From contig OX597823.1 in NCBI GenBank assembly GCA_951406725.2, positions 3,038,001 to 3,102,000 of the forward strand: DNA of 64,000 nt, in the 5' to 3' direction. The notes beneath the pieces are model-generated. The model searched no databases. It saw only the letters and a list, made by a program, of their open reading frames with translations, and had not been told where the DNA came from. Numbering within the stretch: position 1 is the first letter of the stretch; the number at the start of each line of letters is the position of its first letter. The DNA comes from Octopus vulgaris. Its lineage: Eukaryota. Below are positions 40,281 to 55,399 of the stretch, piece after piece. A program made the translations under genes and the position numbers.

Positions 40281-41099
40281 CTCCAAATAATATTTGTTTA
40301 AGTAAAGTCAACACATTTGTGTGTTTAAATGTGTCTTAATATGTGTCTTCCAGGCTGTAATTGTTTTAGTTTCAACACAGCCTCAGATCAAACCATTTGT
40401 TAGGCAAGAACACCCCACAAAATTATTGTAATTAGTTTTAAATCATTTTACAAATTATAATCACTAATATAACAAAAAAGTTACTGCGTTAATTCATTTA
40501 ATTCAGATTCAATAGAAATCAAAAACCAAATTAGGATTATTTTCACATTTTAGAGATTAATTTTCTTAATCGTTCATATACGCTACAGGCTAGGAGCAAA
40601 AGGGTTAAGCTCTGGTTAATATATAATTATGTAAATTATTGAATGGTTTCTGGCAAAATGACGTGTTTTATTTCGGAAATTCTGCTTCATAAGATTTCAG
40701 TTTGAAATGTGTCGAACGATAGCAACCAACAAATGATGCTAATTCTTCTCTTTCCACCCAAAACGTATTAATTCTATGTGGTTTGTTTTTATCGTCTGCC
40801 GAAACACACCGTACTCCACACACACACACACACACACACACACGCAATTACAACTTCGACTGACACAGTCGTTTCTCATGCATTTGTTTCAGCTTCGTTT
40901 CCTCAAACAACATCAGCACAATCAGCCGACGACCACCAACGGAATTCGGTTGAAAAATGCTTCTATTTTCCCAAATCAACCGAAGAATTTTAATTTTCCC
41001 GAGCGTTCATTTGGCAACCAGAAACGTTCTTTTCAATCAATTCGAGTCACTGCTTTTGATTGCAATCATTATTACAAAACCGAGAATCGTGCATTTATT

Positions 41100-41124
41100 A
41101 TCATCATCATCATCATCGTCGTCA

Positions 41125-41192
<68 letters not shown>

Positions 41193-41214
41193 GTCGTCAT
41201 CATCATCGTCGTCG

Positions 41215-41249
<35 letters not shown>

Positions 41250-41316
41250 GTCGTCATCATCATCGTCGTCATCATCATCGTCGTCATCATCATCGTCGTC
41301 ATCATCATCGTCGTCG

Positions 41317-41354
<38 letters not shown>

Positions 41355-41391
41355 GTCGTCATCATCATCGTCGTCATCATCATCGTCGTCG

Positions 41392-41446
<55 letters not shown>
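41100..41446. repeat. Compound (ATC/GTC)n microsatellite
   Basis: Direct inspection. Confidence 0.95.
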
Positions 41447-41736
41447 TATTAATACTATTGTTATTATTGTTATTATTTGTGCGAAGTATAATGAAGACTC
41501 AAAGCTACAGAATGTTAGAGGTTATAGAAAACGTGGGGAGTTTTTTTCTCATTTTTTAACAGAATTCTTTTGGGATTGAAAAAGTCCTCGCCTTGGGAAG
41601 AACATCGATTTCCTAAACATCCCCCACGCTGTTGTGAAACTGGAGACGCCGATCACTGAGTATAAACACGTTTGGGAATTGGCGCCTTAAACTACAAAAA
41701 CAAAATTTTAAGTGCAAAATATAAATTATTATAGAT

Positions 41737-42406
<670 letters not shown>

Positions 42407-42473
42407 TAGCTGAAGGTGACCCGCTCTACGCGCGGGTAAGCGTGTGGTTGTTACTTTCTGTTGCTTCCTTTCA

Positions 42474-42778
42474 GCACGTAAAAAGCACCATCCGAACGTG
42501 GCGGATTGCAGCGCCGCCTTGACTGGCTTCTGTGCTGGTGGCACGTAAAAAGCACCAACCGATCGTGGCCGCTGCCAGCCCCCTGGCACCTGTGCAGGCG
42601 GCACGAAAAAAGCACCCACTACGCTCACAGAGTGGTTGGCGTTAGGAAGGGCATCGAAACACTGCCAGATCAGACTGGAGCCTGGTGCAGCCTCCTGGCT
42701 TCCCAGACCCCTGTCAAACTGTCCAACCCGTGCTAGCACGGAAAACGGACGTTAAACGATGATGATGATGATGATGAT
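42474..42778 (+). mobile_element. SINE/RTE-related 3' module with (GAT)n tail
   Basis: Repeated GCACGTAAAAAGCACC; GTGGTTGGCGTTAGGAAGGGCATC; GGACGTTAAACGATGATG. Confidence 0.7.
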
Positions 42779-43466
42779 TCTCCCTCTTTGTTTCTTTCTC
42801 CTTTCTCTCTCACTTTCCCACTCTCTTACTCTTCCTTTCTGTCGGACTCTCCCTCGCTTTCTCTTACTATCTATCTTTATGTATCTCTTTCCCATTTATA
42901 AACAACAAAAGATCTTGAGTAAGTTGAGAAATAAAATATTTAGAAAGATCAATCATAAATATCAGGCAGTTACAAAGGAAAGGTCTGCTTCAAGACAGAC
43001 AGCAAAACACTAACATTTAAAAGGGACAGACGAACTTGCGAGCTGAATAAAAATAATAAAATATTGGAAACCAAAGTTTGAAGGGATAGAATTTGAGGAT
43101 AGTAGAGTCACCATGGCTGGCATTTCTTAACGACGGACAGCAACGTATTGACAGTTCAACGGCTGGCGTAAAATTTTGAACTTGATGTAAAAGAAAATCC
43201 CTAAAAACCAAGTTTTGACTTGATTCTTTCTCACGACAGTAGACTCACGATGGCAAGCATTCAAAACTTCTTCATCATGGACGGCAACACATTGACGATT
43301 AAAAGGCTGGAGCAAATTTTTTAGCTTGATGTAACAGAGAATTGCTAAACACCCGCTCCTTTAAATTTTAATCCCCTTCCAACCCCATTTATACCCCTTT
43401 TCACCTTTTGGTTAATATAACCCGATTTCATTTGGGTCTACTGGGGCCACATTTTATAAGATGAGG

Positions 43467-43663
43467 ACTCAACCAAGTTTCCCAAGTTCTGGTCATAGAC
43501 CATAGAACACTCAACCAAGTTTCCCGATTTCTGGTCATAGACCATAGAACAGTCAAGCAAGTTTCCCGAGTTCTGGTCATAGACCATAGAACACTCAACC
43601 AAGTTTCCCGAGTTCTGGTCATAGACCATAGAACACTAAACTAAGTTTCCCGAGTTCTGGTCA
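43467..43663. repeat. 42-bp minisatellite, ~4.7 copies
   Basis: Unit ACTCAACCAAGTTTCCCGAGTTCTGGTCATAGACCATAGAAC at 43467, 43509, 43551, 43593, 43635. Confidence 0.92.
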
Positions 43664-43910
43664 TTTGCAGAATAAATAGAGACGGCGGAGGTGGCAGACG
43701 TCGTTGCAATGTAAACATGATTTGTTATAAGAGAAAGATTGTCCAGATTGTGTGTTGGTGGTGTTGGTGGTGGCGATGATAATTATCATTAGGAAAAAGA
43801 GTGAGTGAGTGAGGAAGACATACATAAGTTGTTGCGATGATAATTGTAGACCCCTTTTCACATTTTGATGAAGAGAACCCGATTTCATTCGGGTGTACTG
43901 GGGCTACATA

Positions 43911-43994
<84 letters not shown>

Positions 43995-44098
43995 ACGCTG
44001 TAGAAATTAGATTAGAGATAAAACCACTAATAGGGAAATGAAACAGTAAAAAACCAAAAACAAAAACAGAAAAATAAAAATATAATATTAGAAATATG

Positions 44099-44158
<60 letters not shown>

Positions 44159-44571
44159 GACAGGTAGACAATAGAATGCGATGGCGATGGGGATGGCGAT
44201 GTAATATTTGTTACTGTCCATGAACGCTGATAGATACATGAGTAAAATGTATAGGAAGGTAAGAGATAGAGTGAGTGAAAATGTTCTTGGAAGAGAGTAA
44301 ATAGCTACAGAGTGATTTGAGGAAGACTTTACATTAAATAACGGTAGTTGCATTGTCAAATGAAGAGGAGTGACAGAGTACTGGAGGAAATAGGGTGAGG
44401 TAGGAAGATGGCCCCTAGCAACCACACCTTTTAAGATAGGGATTTCTAAGGTAGCCCACGCGCATCGTCACCTCATTCGACATGTCCCTGTAAATTTTGG
44501 AGCGAATCGGACGGGATGTAGTGGCATTGAAAGCGAACCAAGCGGTAAAAACGCATTTCAGTTTTATATAT

Positions 44572-45770
<1,199 letters not shown>

Positions 45771-45789
45771 ATAACCAAAACACATATAT

Positions 45790-46104
<315 letters not shown>

Positions 46105-46744
46105 TTTATATGATTAAGACGTTTATTTTCTATTCTGGTTTTTATATATTTCTATACATTATATTTGTATCTATAATTTATTTTAAGCCGAATCATAATA
46201 CGATCCTTGTACAAACGAAAGAACAAGAATCTCCTCTGGAACTTTTATCTTCCACCGGTGTTTGTAATCGATGGTGAGATGTGCAATGATTTTGCGACTA
46301 TCTTATATTTTACAGAGAAATTGGAGGCCCCGAATGTAAGCCACCACATTATGCATAATATAGTTCCCTATTTCTAACTCAAATTCTGTCCTCAATAATT
46401 ATAGATCTCTATTTCCAAATGTAATTCTTTTTCTTCTCGTTCAGTATATAACTATAACACGCATTCTTGTCTGTCTCTTGACAAGGCTTCTTTTCTCCAG
46501 CGTTCACCACTTCACCTCGTTAGGGTTAAACAGCCCTTACCGAATGTTTTCACTGTCCTGTTTTTGTTAGCAGCTTTGACGTTCCACGTATCTCAATTTT
46601 TATTTAATTTGCTTTGGGGAGCAATTGCTTTGACGAAGACGCATCTTGTTGCACTACTCGCAATGCGGAGTAGGTAAATCTGCCAACAATTGAGGAAGGG
46701 TTGTTTTTTATGCTGCCTTGGCGCTATAGTTCTCAATATATAAT

Positions 46745-47307
46745 GGTCGCCATAGCGTCGGCTGAGGGCTGGTAGCTGTGTACAGTCGCCCCAATGCCGC
46801 CCAGAGCGAGCTCTGGTCGCCATAGTGTCGGCTGCGGGCCGGTAGCTGTGTACAGTCACCCCAATGCCGCCCAGAGCCGAGCTCTGGTCGCCATAGCGTC
46901 GGCTGCGGGCCGGTAGCTGTGTACAGTCGCCCCAACGCCGCCCAGAGTGAGCTCTGGTCGCCATAGCGTCGACTGTGGGCCGGTAGCTGTGTACAGTCGC
47001 CCCAACGCCGCCCAGAGTGAGCTCTGGTCGCCATAGCGTCGACTGTGGGCCGGTAGCTGTGTACAGTCGCCCAAACGCCGCCCAGAGGGAGCTCTGGTAA
47101 CCATAGTGTCGACTGTGGGTCGGTAGCTGTGTACAGTCACCCCAATGCCGCCCAGAGTGAGCTCTGGTCGCCATAGCGTCGACTGTGGGCCGGTAGCTGT
47201 GTACAGTCGCCCCAATGCCGCCCAGAGCGAGCTCTGGTAACCATAGTGTCGACTGTGGGCCGGTAGCTGTGTACAGTCGCCCCAACACCGCCCAGAGCGA
47301 GCTCTGG
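46745..47307. repeat. GC-rich 70-bp minisatellite, 8 copies
   Basis: Unit starts at 46745, 46815, 46886, 46956, 47026, 47096, 47166, 47236. Confidence 0.95.
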
Positions 47308-47643
47308 CTGGTATGATGCTATAGCAGAAGACACATGCCAAGTCACCACACAGTGGGACTGAACTGAGGATCAAGTGTTTTGGAACCAAGTTTGTTACCA
47401 CACAGTCACACATGCGCCTGTGTGTGTGGGGGGTATCGGTATGTGTGTATGGGTGTATATATGTATGCATGTATATATATGTATATATATATATATGTGT
47501 ACATATTACATGTACATCTATATATAGATCTAGACATACATGTTTACATATACATGTATATCTATAGAAATACATCTATGCATATACAGCTATACATATA
47601 CATCAGTATATATACATGTATTTATATATATATATATATATAC

Positions 47644-47706
<63 letters not shown>

Positions 47707-47720
47707 CATATATATATATA

Positions 47721-47752
<32 letters not shown>

Positions 47753-47965
47753 GCAATAATAAATCTCTGAACGAGATATAAACAGTAACCGCTCGACAAC
47801 GTAAGGTGTACTAGCTATCTGAATGTGGCTAGCCACTGGGGTGGGGTGTTACTGATGCTTTTAGCCCCAGGCAATCAACGTCACCAGATGGACTTTAGAC
47901 ACTATCTCAGTGCCCTTGTGTTATTTGCAAAGGGAGATTATCCTCCCTCGAAGACCTAAGTACTA

Positions 47966-48010
47966 CATACGGACTATAGTTTCAAGGTAATTGCCTCTCG
48001 TCAACGCATG
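47966..48010 (-). ncRNA. Type I hammerhead (U3 variant)
   Basis: CATGCG-TTGACGA-GAGG-CAATTA-CCTT-GAAA-CTATAG-TC-CGTATG. Confidence 0.7.
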
Positions 48011-48139
48011 GTAAGCACCGGTCTTCGATGAAGGAGTCCCCTTGCAAATAAATATATAACGTTTTTCACAGCAACCACTGTCACTGATTTTTCTAAATCA
48101 GTGACAGTGGTTGCTGTGAAAAACGTTATATATTATTTA

Positions 48140-48197
48140 TATATTATGCATGTATATATGTGCATATATATATATGTGTGTACATATTACATGTACA

Positions 48198-48237
<40 letters not shown>

Positions 48238-49152
48238 TACACATAAAATACAAAATAGAAAGTAATATCTTGATATCGCTAGTGATAACAATACTCAAAA
48301 TATATAACAGACTGGAATTGTAGGCCCGTCTCTTGCAATTTCGATCAATTGGATCTTGTATAGAAGTGTACGGCTGCAGCGAAATTCATTTTTGTACTTT
48401 CTTCTATCGAAGACATTTTAACAAAAATGCTTCCGTAAAGACGGTGAAAATATTGTCAATTTCCCCAAACAGGGACACAATTCAATTTTAAAACAATAAC
48501 CAAAGCCCCTTCTCCGAAAGGGGGAGGGTTACGATTTACAATTATTTAACAAATGCAACACAACAACGTTTCCCTGACGAGGAACCAACAAACGTGATTA
48601 CAATAGTCAAACAGTAATAATAATAACAACAAACCTTTTTAATGTATCCCCATTTATGTGAAACCACTTATTCAAGTTCAAGTCATTGATGCAATTTTAT
48701 ACGAATTGCTAATACACACACACACATAATAAGGGTGAAAAATTGAATACTAATTTGATTAATATGAATTGAAAACCAGTGGTGTAGCATATAAGACCAC
48801 AGCGGATCTTCTTCTAGCAAAAAGGATGACCAGTATTAATTGCTCATCCCTTTTATATAAATACTTTCACTTTAATCGTTGCATACTTGCAAAGAGAAAG
48901 GAGGAGAAAGTGTAGTGGTAATGGTAGGAGTGAAGCACTTGAAATGAAAGAGGGAAATGGTAAAATATTTACTTTTCTCGAATTTTTGCTTAATTGGGGG
49001 TGAAATTGAAAAAACTTTACATGCCACGACCCGATGGAATCTACTTGTAAAAATGATAGGTAAATTCCAATTGAAGAAATTCCATATTGTAGAATTGTAT
49101 AAAAAAACAAACGGTTTGGGAGGCAGATAAAATCTGCCTTTTATCATAAGAG
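48140..49152 (-). mobile_element. Mosaic Helitron (minus strand)
   Basis: Inverted homology to 4234-4400, 6850-6975 and 3200-4180. Confidence 0.7.
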
Positions 49153-49239
49153 ATATATATATGTGGATATGTATGTATATATATATGTATATATATGTGT
49201 GTGTATATATGTATATATATATATGTGTGTGTTGTTGTT

Positions 49240-51035
49240 GTTATGCCTAGTGTGCCATATATTTGGTTTTGCATTTAGTGTTGTACTAGTCAATGTCTAA
49301 AAAAATAGATAAATAAAAATACGAGAATTATGTTTGTTTTAAAACTTGAGCTTACATTGAAAGTATTTTGCGTAGGATATGAGCAATTCCCATGAGCACT
49401 ATCTTTTGAATTTCTGCCATTTTAGGGTTTCCTGGTATCTGAGTTAGGTAGCAATCAGCCCCTTTTGCTATCATTCCCAGGGCACCTATGACAACAGGTA
49501 TTGTTTTAGTTTTCAGGTTCCACATTTTGCTGATTTCTATTTCAAGATCTTTATATTTGCTCAGTTTTTGGTAGGTCTTGACAGATACGTTTATATCGAT
49601 TGGGGCAGTCATATCAATGAGGAGGCACTTTCTTTGTCTGAAGTCTTTCAATATGATGTCTGGCCTATTTGCATCTATCTTCCTGTCAGTTTGAATGGTG
49701 AAGTTCCAGAGGAGTGAGATGTGGTCATTTTCAAGCACAGGAGGTGGATTGTGTTCCCACCAGTTTTTTTCATGGGGCAAATCCAGGTTTTTGCAAATTA
49801 CCCAGTGAATATATTGTGCTGCCCTATCATGCCTGTTGAGATACTCTGTAGGCGCTAGAAGACTGCACTTGGAGACAACATGATCAATGGTTTCATTTTG
49901 TTGTTGACATACACGACATGTTGGGCTACTGCCGTTCTTTAATATGTTGGCCTGGTAGTTCCTTGTTGGTAGCCATTGATCTTGAGCTGCTATGATAAAC
50001 CCTTCTGTTTCAGATTTTAAGCCAGAGGCCATTAGCCATTGATGGGTCAGGGCTTTGTCAATACCTGCATTATTCGCTCTCTTTGGGTATTTGCCATAGA
50101 GAGGTGTTTCTTGCCATTTATAATTCAGAATATCTAAGGCAGCAGTTTTAGCACGGGTTTTCATGCGCTTAGCTTTTTCTGTGCTTGTTTCTTGTATGTC
50201 TAATTCCGAAATTTGTTGTATTCGGAATTCACTTAGATATTCCTTTGCCTGTTTTGTTACTAAGTATGATGCTTTCTTGTTTAACATCCAGTCCTCAGAG
50301 TTTTTCAGGTAGGTGTCTAGGCCAATTGTAGCAATCTTCATTGTTATTGCCAGTTGTAAAAGTCCACGGCCTCCTTCGTTTCTTGGCAGATAAAGTCGTT
50401 CTATATCTGCCTTAGGGTGGTGCATTCTATGCATTGTCAACAGTTTCCTTATTTTTCTGTCGAGCTGACATATTTCAGTAATTGACCAGGTAACGATATT
50501 GAAACTGTAAATCACGACTGGTATGGCTAATGCATTGATCGCTTCGATCCTGTTTCTCGCATTCAGCTCTGTCTTGAATATTGCTCTTACTCTACGATAA
50601 CATTCTCTCCTGATCCTTTCCTTCATCACTGAATGCCTTATTCCATCCCCTTCAATTACCCCTAGGTACTTGTAGCTCTCCGCTGGGTCTAATTCTTTTA
50701 TGACATTCTGCTGGTCAAGGTTAACGTTAGATGTTTCTGTCATTTTTCCTTTGATAAAGGTAACTTTTGCACATTTATCGAGGCCTAATTGCATTCTGAT
50801 GTCATCACTGAATTGTTTAACAATCGCTAGTCAGCCCTTGAGTTGTTGGTCATTTTTTGCCACGAGCTTTAAATCATCCATGTAAATGAGATGATTTATA
50901 TTTTTATCAAACATTTTATAGCCGTACTGCGCGTCATTGAGCAGTTTTGAGAGAGGTATTAAGGATAAACAGAAGAGGAGTGGTGACAGTGAGTCGCCCT
51001 GGAAAATGCCACATGAAATTTTTACATCACCAGCA
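49240..51035 (-). mobile_element. 5'-truncated R4/Dong-type LINE between (CAA/TAA)n tracts
   Basis: GIFQGDSLSPLLF, HLIYMDDLKL, long ORF 49352-50794. Confidence 0.92.
49352..50794 (-). CDS. RT C-terminus, CCHC knuckle and RLE endonuclease
   Basis: YKYLG, GGRGL, AAQDQ, CRVC...ETIDHVVSKC, RHD, NRPDIIL...LIDM, KY.DL, PVVIGALG; an in-frame stop just upstream shows a pseudogenised copy. Confidence 0.9.
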   Translation of the reverse strand: MQLGLDKCAKVTFIKGKMTETSNVNLDQQNVIKELDPAESYKYLGVIEGDGIRHSVMKERIRRECYRRVRAIFKTELNARNRIEAINALAIPVVIYSFNIVTWSITEICQLDRKIRKLLTMHRMHHPKADIERLYLPRNEGGRGLLQLAITMKIATIGLDTYLKNSEDWMLNKKASYLVTKQAKEYLSEFRIQQISELDIQETSTEKAKRMKTRAKTAALDILNYKWQETPLYGKYPKRANNAGIDKALTHQWLMASGLKSETEGFIIAAQDQWLPTRNYQANILKNGSSPTCRVCQQQNETIDHVVSKCSLLAPTEYLNRHDRAAQYIHWVICKNLDLPHEKNWWEHNPPPVLENDHISLLWNFTIQTDRKIDANRPDIILKDFRQRKCLLIDMTAPIDINVSVKTYQKLSKYKDLEIEISKMWNLKTKTIPVVIGALGMIAKGADCYLTQIPGNPKMAEIQKIVLMGIAHILRKILSM

Positions 51036-51072
51036 TTTAGAGATTCATTGTCATTATTATTATTGTTGTTGC

Positions 51073-51127
<55 letters not shown>

Positions 51128-52251
51128 AACGGATTTTGAAATGAAACTATCACTTAGAAGTGGGTTTGTGACAAATCCGATCTTTTACTCACATCTTTCA
51201 CCACACGATTGATGTGATTGACGGATTGTTATTTATTACATCATTCAAAAAGATACGCATCTCATCATCAACCTTTACATTCCTCCGCCCACCCGCCAGC
51301 TATTTGCAATGAGTGGATGACAGCAAACCCACAGCGGTGCTGCAACACCCTGCAAGACGATCGCGATCACTCAAACCATCAGAGATTCGAGTACGGGATT
51401 TACGTCCTGTATGGCCAGTTTGTGGTCAACTTAATGTTGTCAACTTAATGTGAAGAATACTACTGCTATTTTTAGCCCTAGGAAGCACCACTTCCTCTCA
51501 GCCTTGACACATTTCCTGTGTCCTTATGTTCACAAAGGGATAGATAAGCACCTCTACCCAGCAAAGCCAGCATCCAGGGGCTAGTTTCTGAGTCATTGCT
51601 CGTCATCAGTTACTTCTAACAATGCAGTTTATCAGAAAGAAGGTAAAGTTGTAAAACGGTTCTCGTATAACGTAATTTATTTATGACAGACACATTTATG
51701 CTTTCCTGCTTTATTCCAGTAAACGGTTACAGAATTGCATTAGCTCAAACTCGTCGATTGACCCCTACAAAACCAATTTAAGATATATCTCAACAGATTT
51801 ATGACGAAACGTAACTTAGTTTTTCTGCAAAATACATTTGCCAAATGGAGATGCGTCTTATGCGTGAGTGCGCCATACACGCTGGCAATTGCTGTAACGA
51901 AATATAGGAAAGGTGGATGGGCGGGATCGGAAACTCCGCCGAAATACTTTTACACATCAACACATTTGCATATAGATGCATACCTGTTCCTTTACACACA
52001 ACTATATACGTGTGCGTATTGTTATTCTCACACACACACACACACACACACACCCTACTGTTCACAAACACTCCTCTACACAGTCACATATAGACGCACA
52101 CATAGGTACATACACACGCATACATAAACGTGAACACTTTTAATCCATGTACGACGTGCACTTTTACGTAGATAAAAAACACCACCGCCACCACCACCAC
52201 CACCACCACCACCACCTTACAATCATCACCTCCAGAACGAACCTTATTAAC

Positions 52252-52309
<58 letters not shown>

Positions 52310-52599
52310 CAGTACATCTGACCTCATTTTTAAAACCCCTTCTTTCTACTTCATTCCTATCAACACCCTCTCCTCCCCAACGATGTTACACTCACAACAA
52401 CAACAGCAACAACGACTACACGCCATGCCCTCCACCTCCATCTCCCCTCTTACAAAACAGCTTCTGACCTGGTTTATTTACTTTTCCTCCTCCTCCTCCT
52501 CCCCTCAAACACCGACCTACTTACAAACGTGTTTTCCCCACACTTGCTCGACTTTGCTTGTTGTTGCTCTTGTTCTTAATTGTTCTCGGTTGCTATTAG

Positions 52600-52830
52600 T
52601 GATGATGATGATGATGATGAGGATGATGGTGGTGGTGGTGGTGATCGTGGTGGTAGTGGTGATGGTGGTCGTCGTGGTCGTGGTGGTAATGTTGGTGGTA
52701 GTGGTGGTGGCGGTGGTGGTGGTGGTGATATTGGTGGTGGTAGTGTTGGTGGTGGTCGTGGTCGTGGTGGTCGTTGTGGTGGCGGTGGTGGTGGTGGTGG
52801 TAGTGTAGTTGCTGCTGTTGTTGTAATGTT
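52600..52830. repeat. (GAT)n/(GGT)n compound microsatellite
   Basis: Direct inspection. Confidence 0.9.
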
Positions 52831-54819
52831 GGTGCTGAAGTGTGGGGGTTGTTCGTTTTGGCTGCTTTTTTTGGTTGTTGTTGTTCAAGTGGCTATCGTT
52901 GTTTAGCCCCAGGCCAGCATTAACTGAGCAGACCTATAATCAACGACCTGCAAACCATGACCACCTTTAACTTTAGATCAGGGACAATATTATCAGGGGC
53001 CAATTTTCAGACTAGACATCAGACTTTCTTTGGAAATGAAAAGGGTTAGAGAGGCAAAAATGTTTTAAAACTTGAAATTTTGGGACGAAAAATTCCTTCA
53101 GAGTCATAAATCCAGTTTGTTGCCCTTTTCCTCCCCCATTTGTGGTAGTGGTAGTTATTCTGAAAATCCACATTAAAGGCAGTGATAGTGTGATACGATT
53201 TTAGGAAAATTAGCTGCTATTTCTTCTGGGTCGTGTGGCCAAATAGAGTAGTTGTTTCACAGAAGAATTAAACCGCCCCTAATAGAGGGGTGTTAAAAGC
53301 CATGAAGTGACCGGTGAATAAAATTATATTAAAGAGTCTCCTTTAAGTTGTGTTCTTAAATCATTATTGTCATTTCCGGTACATCTTGGTTATATCGGAA
53401 GTGACAATAACGCATGCGCCCAAATACTAAAATCGACATCTGAGAGGAAGAGAAACGACTTGACTCTCAGCCGTTGTTTTTCGTTGTGACTGTTATTTTC
53501 CCAAGTTTTGCCAGAAAGTACTCCGAGCCAATGTCTTTCAGGGTTGAAATACGACAACAGCACCAAGAAGAACAAGGTAAAAATACCTTCGGCCATTACT
53601 ATTTTCGACAGCTCATTTAAAACAAGCGCAGGGGGAACCCAATAAAAAACTATATTCCTGGATTTTCTTTAAGGTACGATTAAAATAGGAAGAATCAAAT
53701 TGGCGTCGTATTTAATGTGATCCCTGTTAGCGATGATTTTCCTAAAATCGTATCACACAATCACTGCCTTTAATGTAGATTTTCAGAATAACTACCACTA
53801 CCACAAATGGGGGAGGAAAAGGGCAACAAACTGGATTTATGACTCTGAAGGAATTTGCAATAGTTGGTTCCGTCTTCGATCAAAGAAGTTGTTACTCTTA
53901 CACGACCCAACTCTCATTCTTGACCAAAATTTGGGTTCCTGCGATAAAAGTTTTCTCCGGCAGAAGGGAAGATAAAAAGAACAATGAAATATAGCTCGGC
54001 TTCATTCCACAATAAAAGAAACCCCATGATGCAGATTTCATGTAAACCTTCATTTTCAAAAATCATTTTTACTCAGTCATTTTGTAAATCAATGAAACAC
54101 TTCTGCTGTTCAATTTCTTTTTTTCTCGATAATTAGGCATCTTCAGTTTAATCAACTCATTAACTCTAATCTTAGAATCACCCATTAATTGTTGTAGTAA
54201 TTAGCAGTAGGTCCCAAGATTATACTTTGGGTGGGTCATTCTGCCAATTATAACGCACGCACTGGTTCAATATAGAAAAACGAAATAAAATCTGTAAATA
54301 ATTCTGAAATGCTTTCCATTGATGAAAACGAGAGAATCGTATAATTTGGTTTGATTTCTAAAACCTTTGATTGCTTTCTTTGTGCGTCAGATTTATGTTG
54401 TTCCGTTGTTGTTACAAATTGATTAGTCATAAATATTTGATAAATAAAAGAAATCTCCAGGATTGAAGCCAATGTCTTTTACAAGTTGGTTGTGATGATT
54501 TATGAACAAAAATTCAATAAATATCATAAAACTAGAAGAATCATTTCAAACAAGTCTCTTTTGACAGACAACGAACTTCAGAGCGAAGCAGAATGTTTGT
54601 AAATGTTTGAGGACTTCAAAGTGAGAGAACAGTGATTTCAAAGTGATTGCTTGAACAAAAACTTAAAATCACTTGCATTAATCAACCACGAATATATAAT
54701 TTATCTTCACACATTAAAAGAGAAAACAGTCGGAGAATATGATGATATGGAATTAGAAACAAAACAAAAGCAACAAACACAGTATCGCAGTCGTAGTAAG
54801 TTATTTCACGTTACGCATG

Positions 54820-55060
54820 CGCCAACAACTTTTTACTTATGGTGCAGTTTTTAACCATTTAAGAGTGAAATTGTTTTGTTCTGTTTTCTCTAAGCATTGC
54901 ACAATTACATTGTGGAAGAACTACTTTAGCAATCTTTAAAAACAAAGCAAAATCTCTATTTCTTGAGGTGTCGATCGTTAATGCTTCGACAAGCAACATC
55001 AAATGGACGAAGAACAAGGAAAAAAACCAGCGCCTAATGTTATTTGCCGTCAACTCATAG
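54820..55060 (-). pseudogene. Putative Erv1/Alr-family FAD thiol oxidase remnant
   Basis: By-eye match: WFFSLFFVHL...RDFALFLKIAKVVLPQCNCAMLR vs ALR-type W..LH...[32 protein letters not shown] follows after a frameshift; CxxC is altered to CxC. Confidence 0.45.
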
Positions 55061-55399
55061 TTTAATCGTGGATCGAACTACAAGGAGGATCTTACGTAAT
55101 CCATAGGCATTGAGTTGAAGATAGTAAACGGATTAATTTTAAGCTTTGCGAAGACAGCAAAACTTATTTAAAGATGGCGGATGTGATGGAAAGATTGATG
55201 AGATTTTTGAATGAGTCAATACATAATCCCTCGATTACATCAATCATCTGGCGATGTGGATAAGAGATCGAATTTTCCACAAAACCACCTCTAAGTAATA
55301 GTTGCATTTCAAAATCCGTAAATGGCTGATAACAAAGAAAAGCTGGATTTAGAGGCTAAGAGTAGAAACAGAATGGATCAGATCTTTGCTGGACATAAA

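Noticed and set aside
43467-43663. CRISPR-like array
   Set aside because: Head-to-tail 42-bp minisatellite without spacers, inside a Helitron-like element
46745-47307. CRISPR-like array, or the 231/239-aa repeat proteins
   Set aside because: Contiguous 70-bp units with no unique spacers and no cas genes; the period is not a multiple of 3, so the ORFs are incidental
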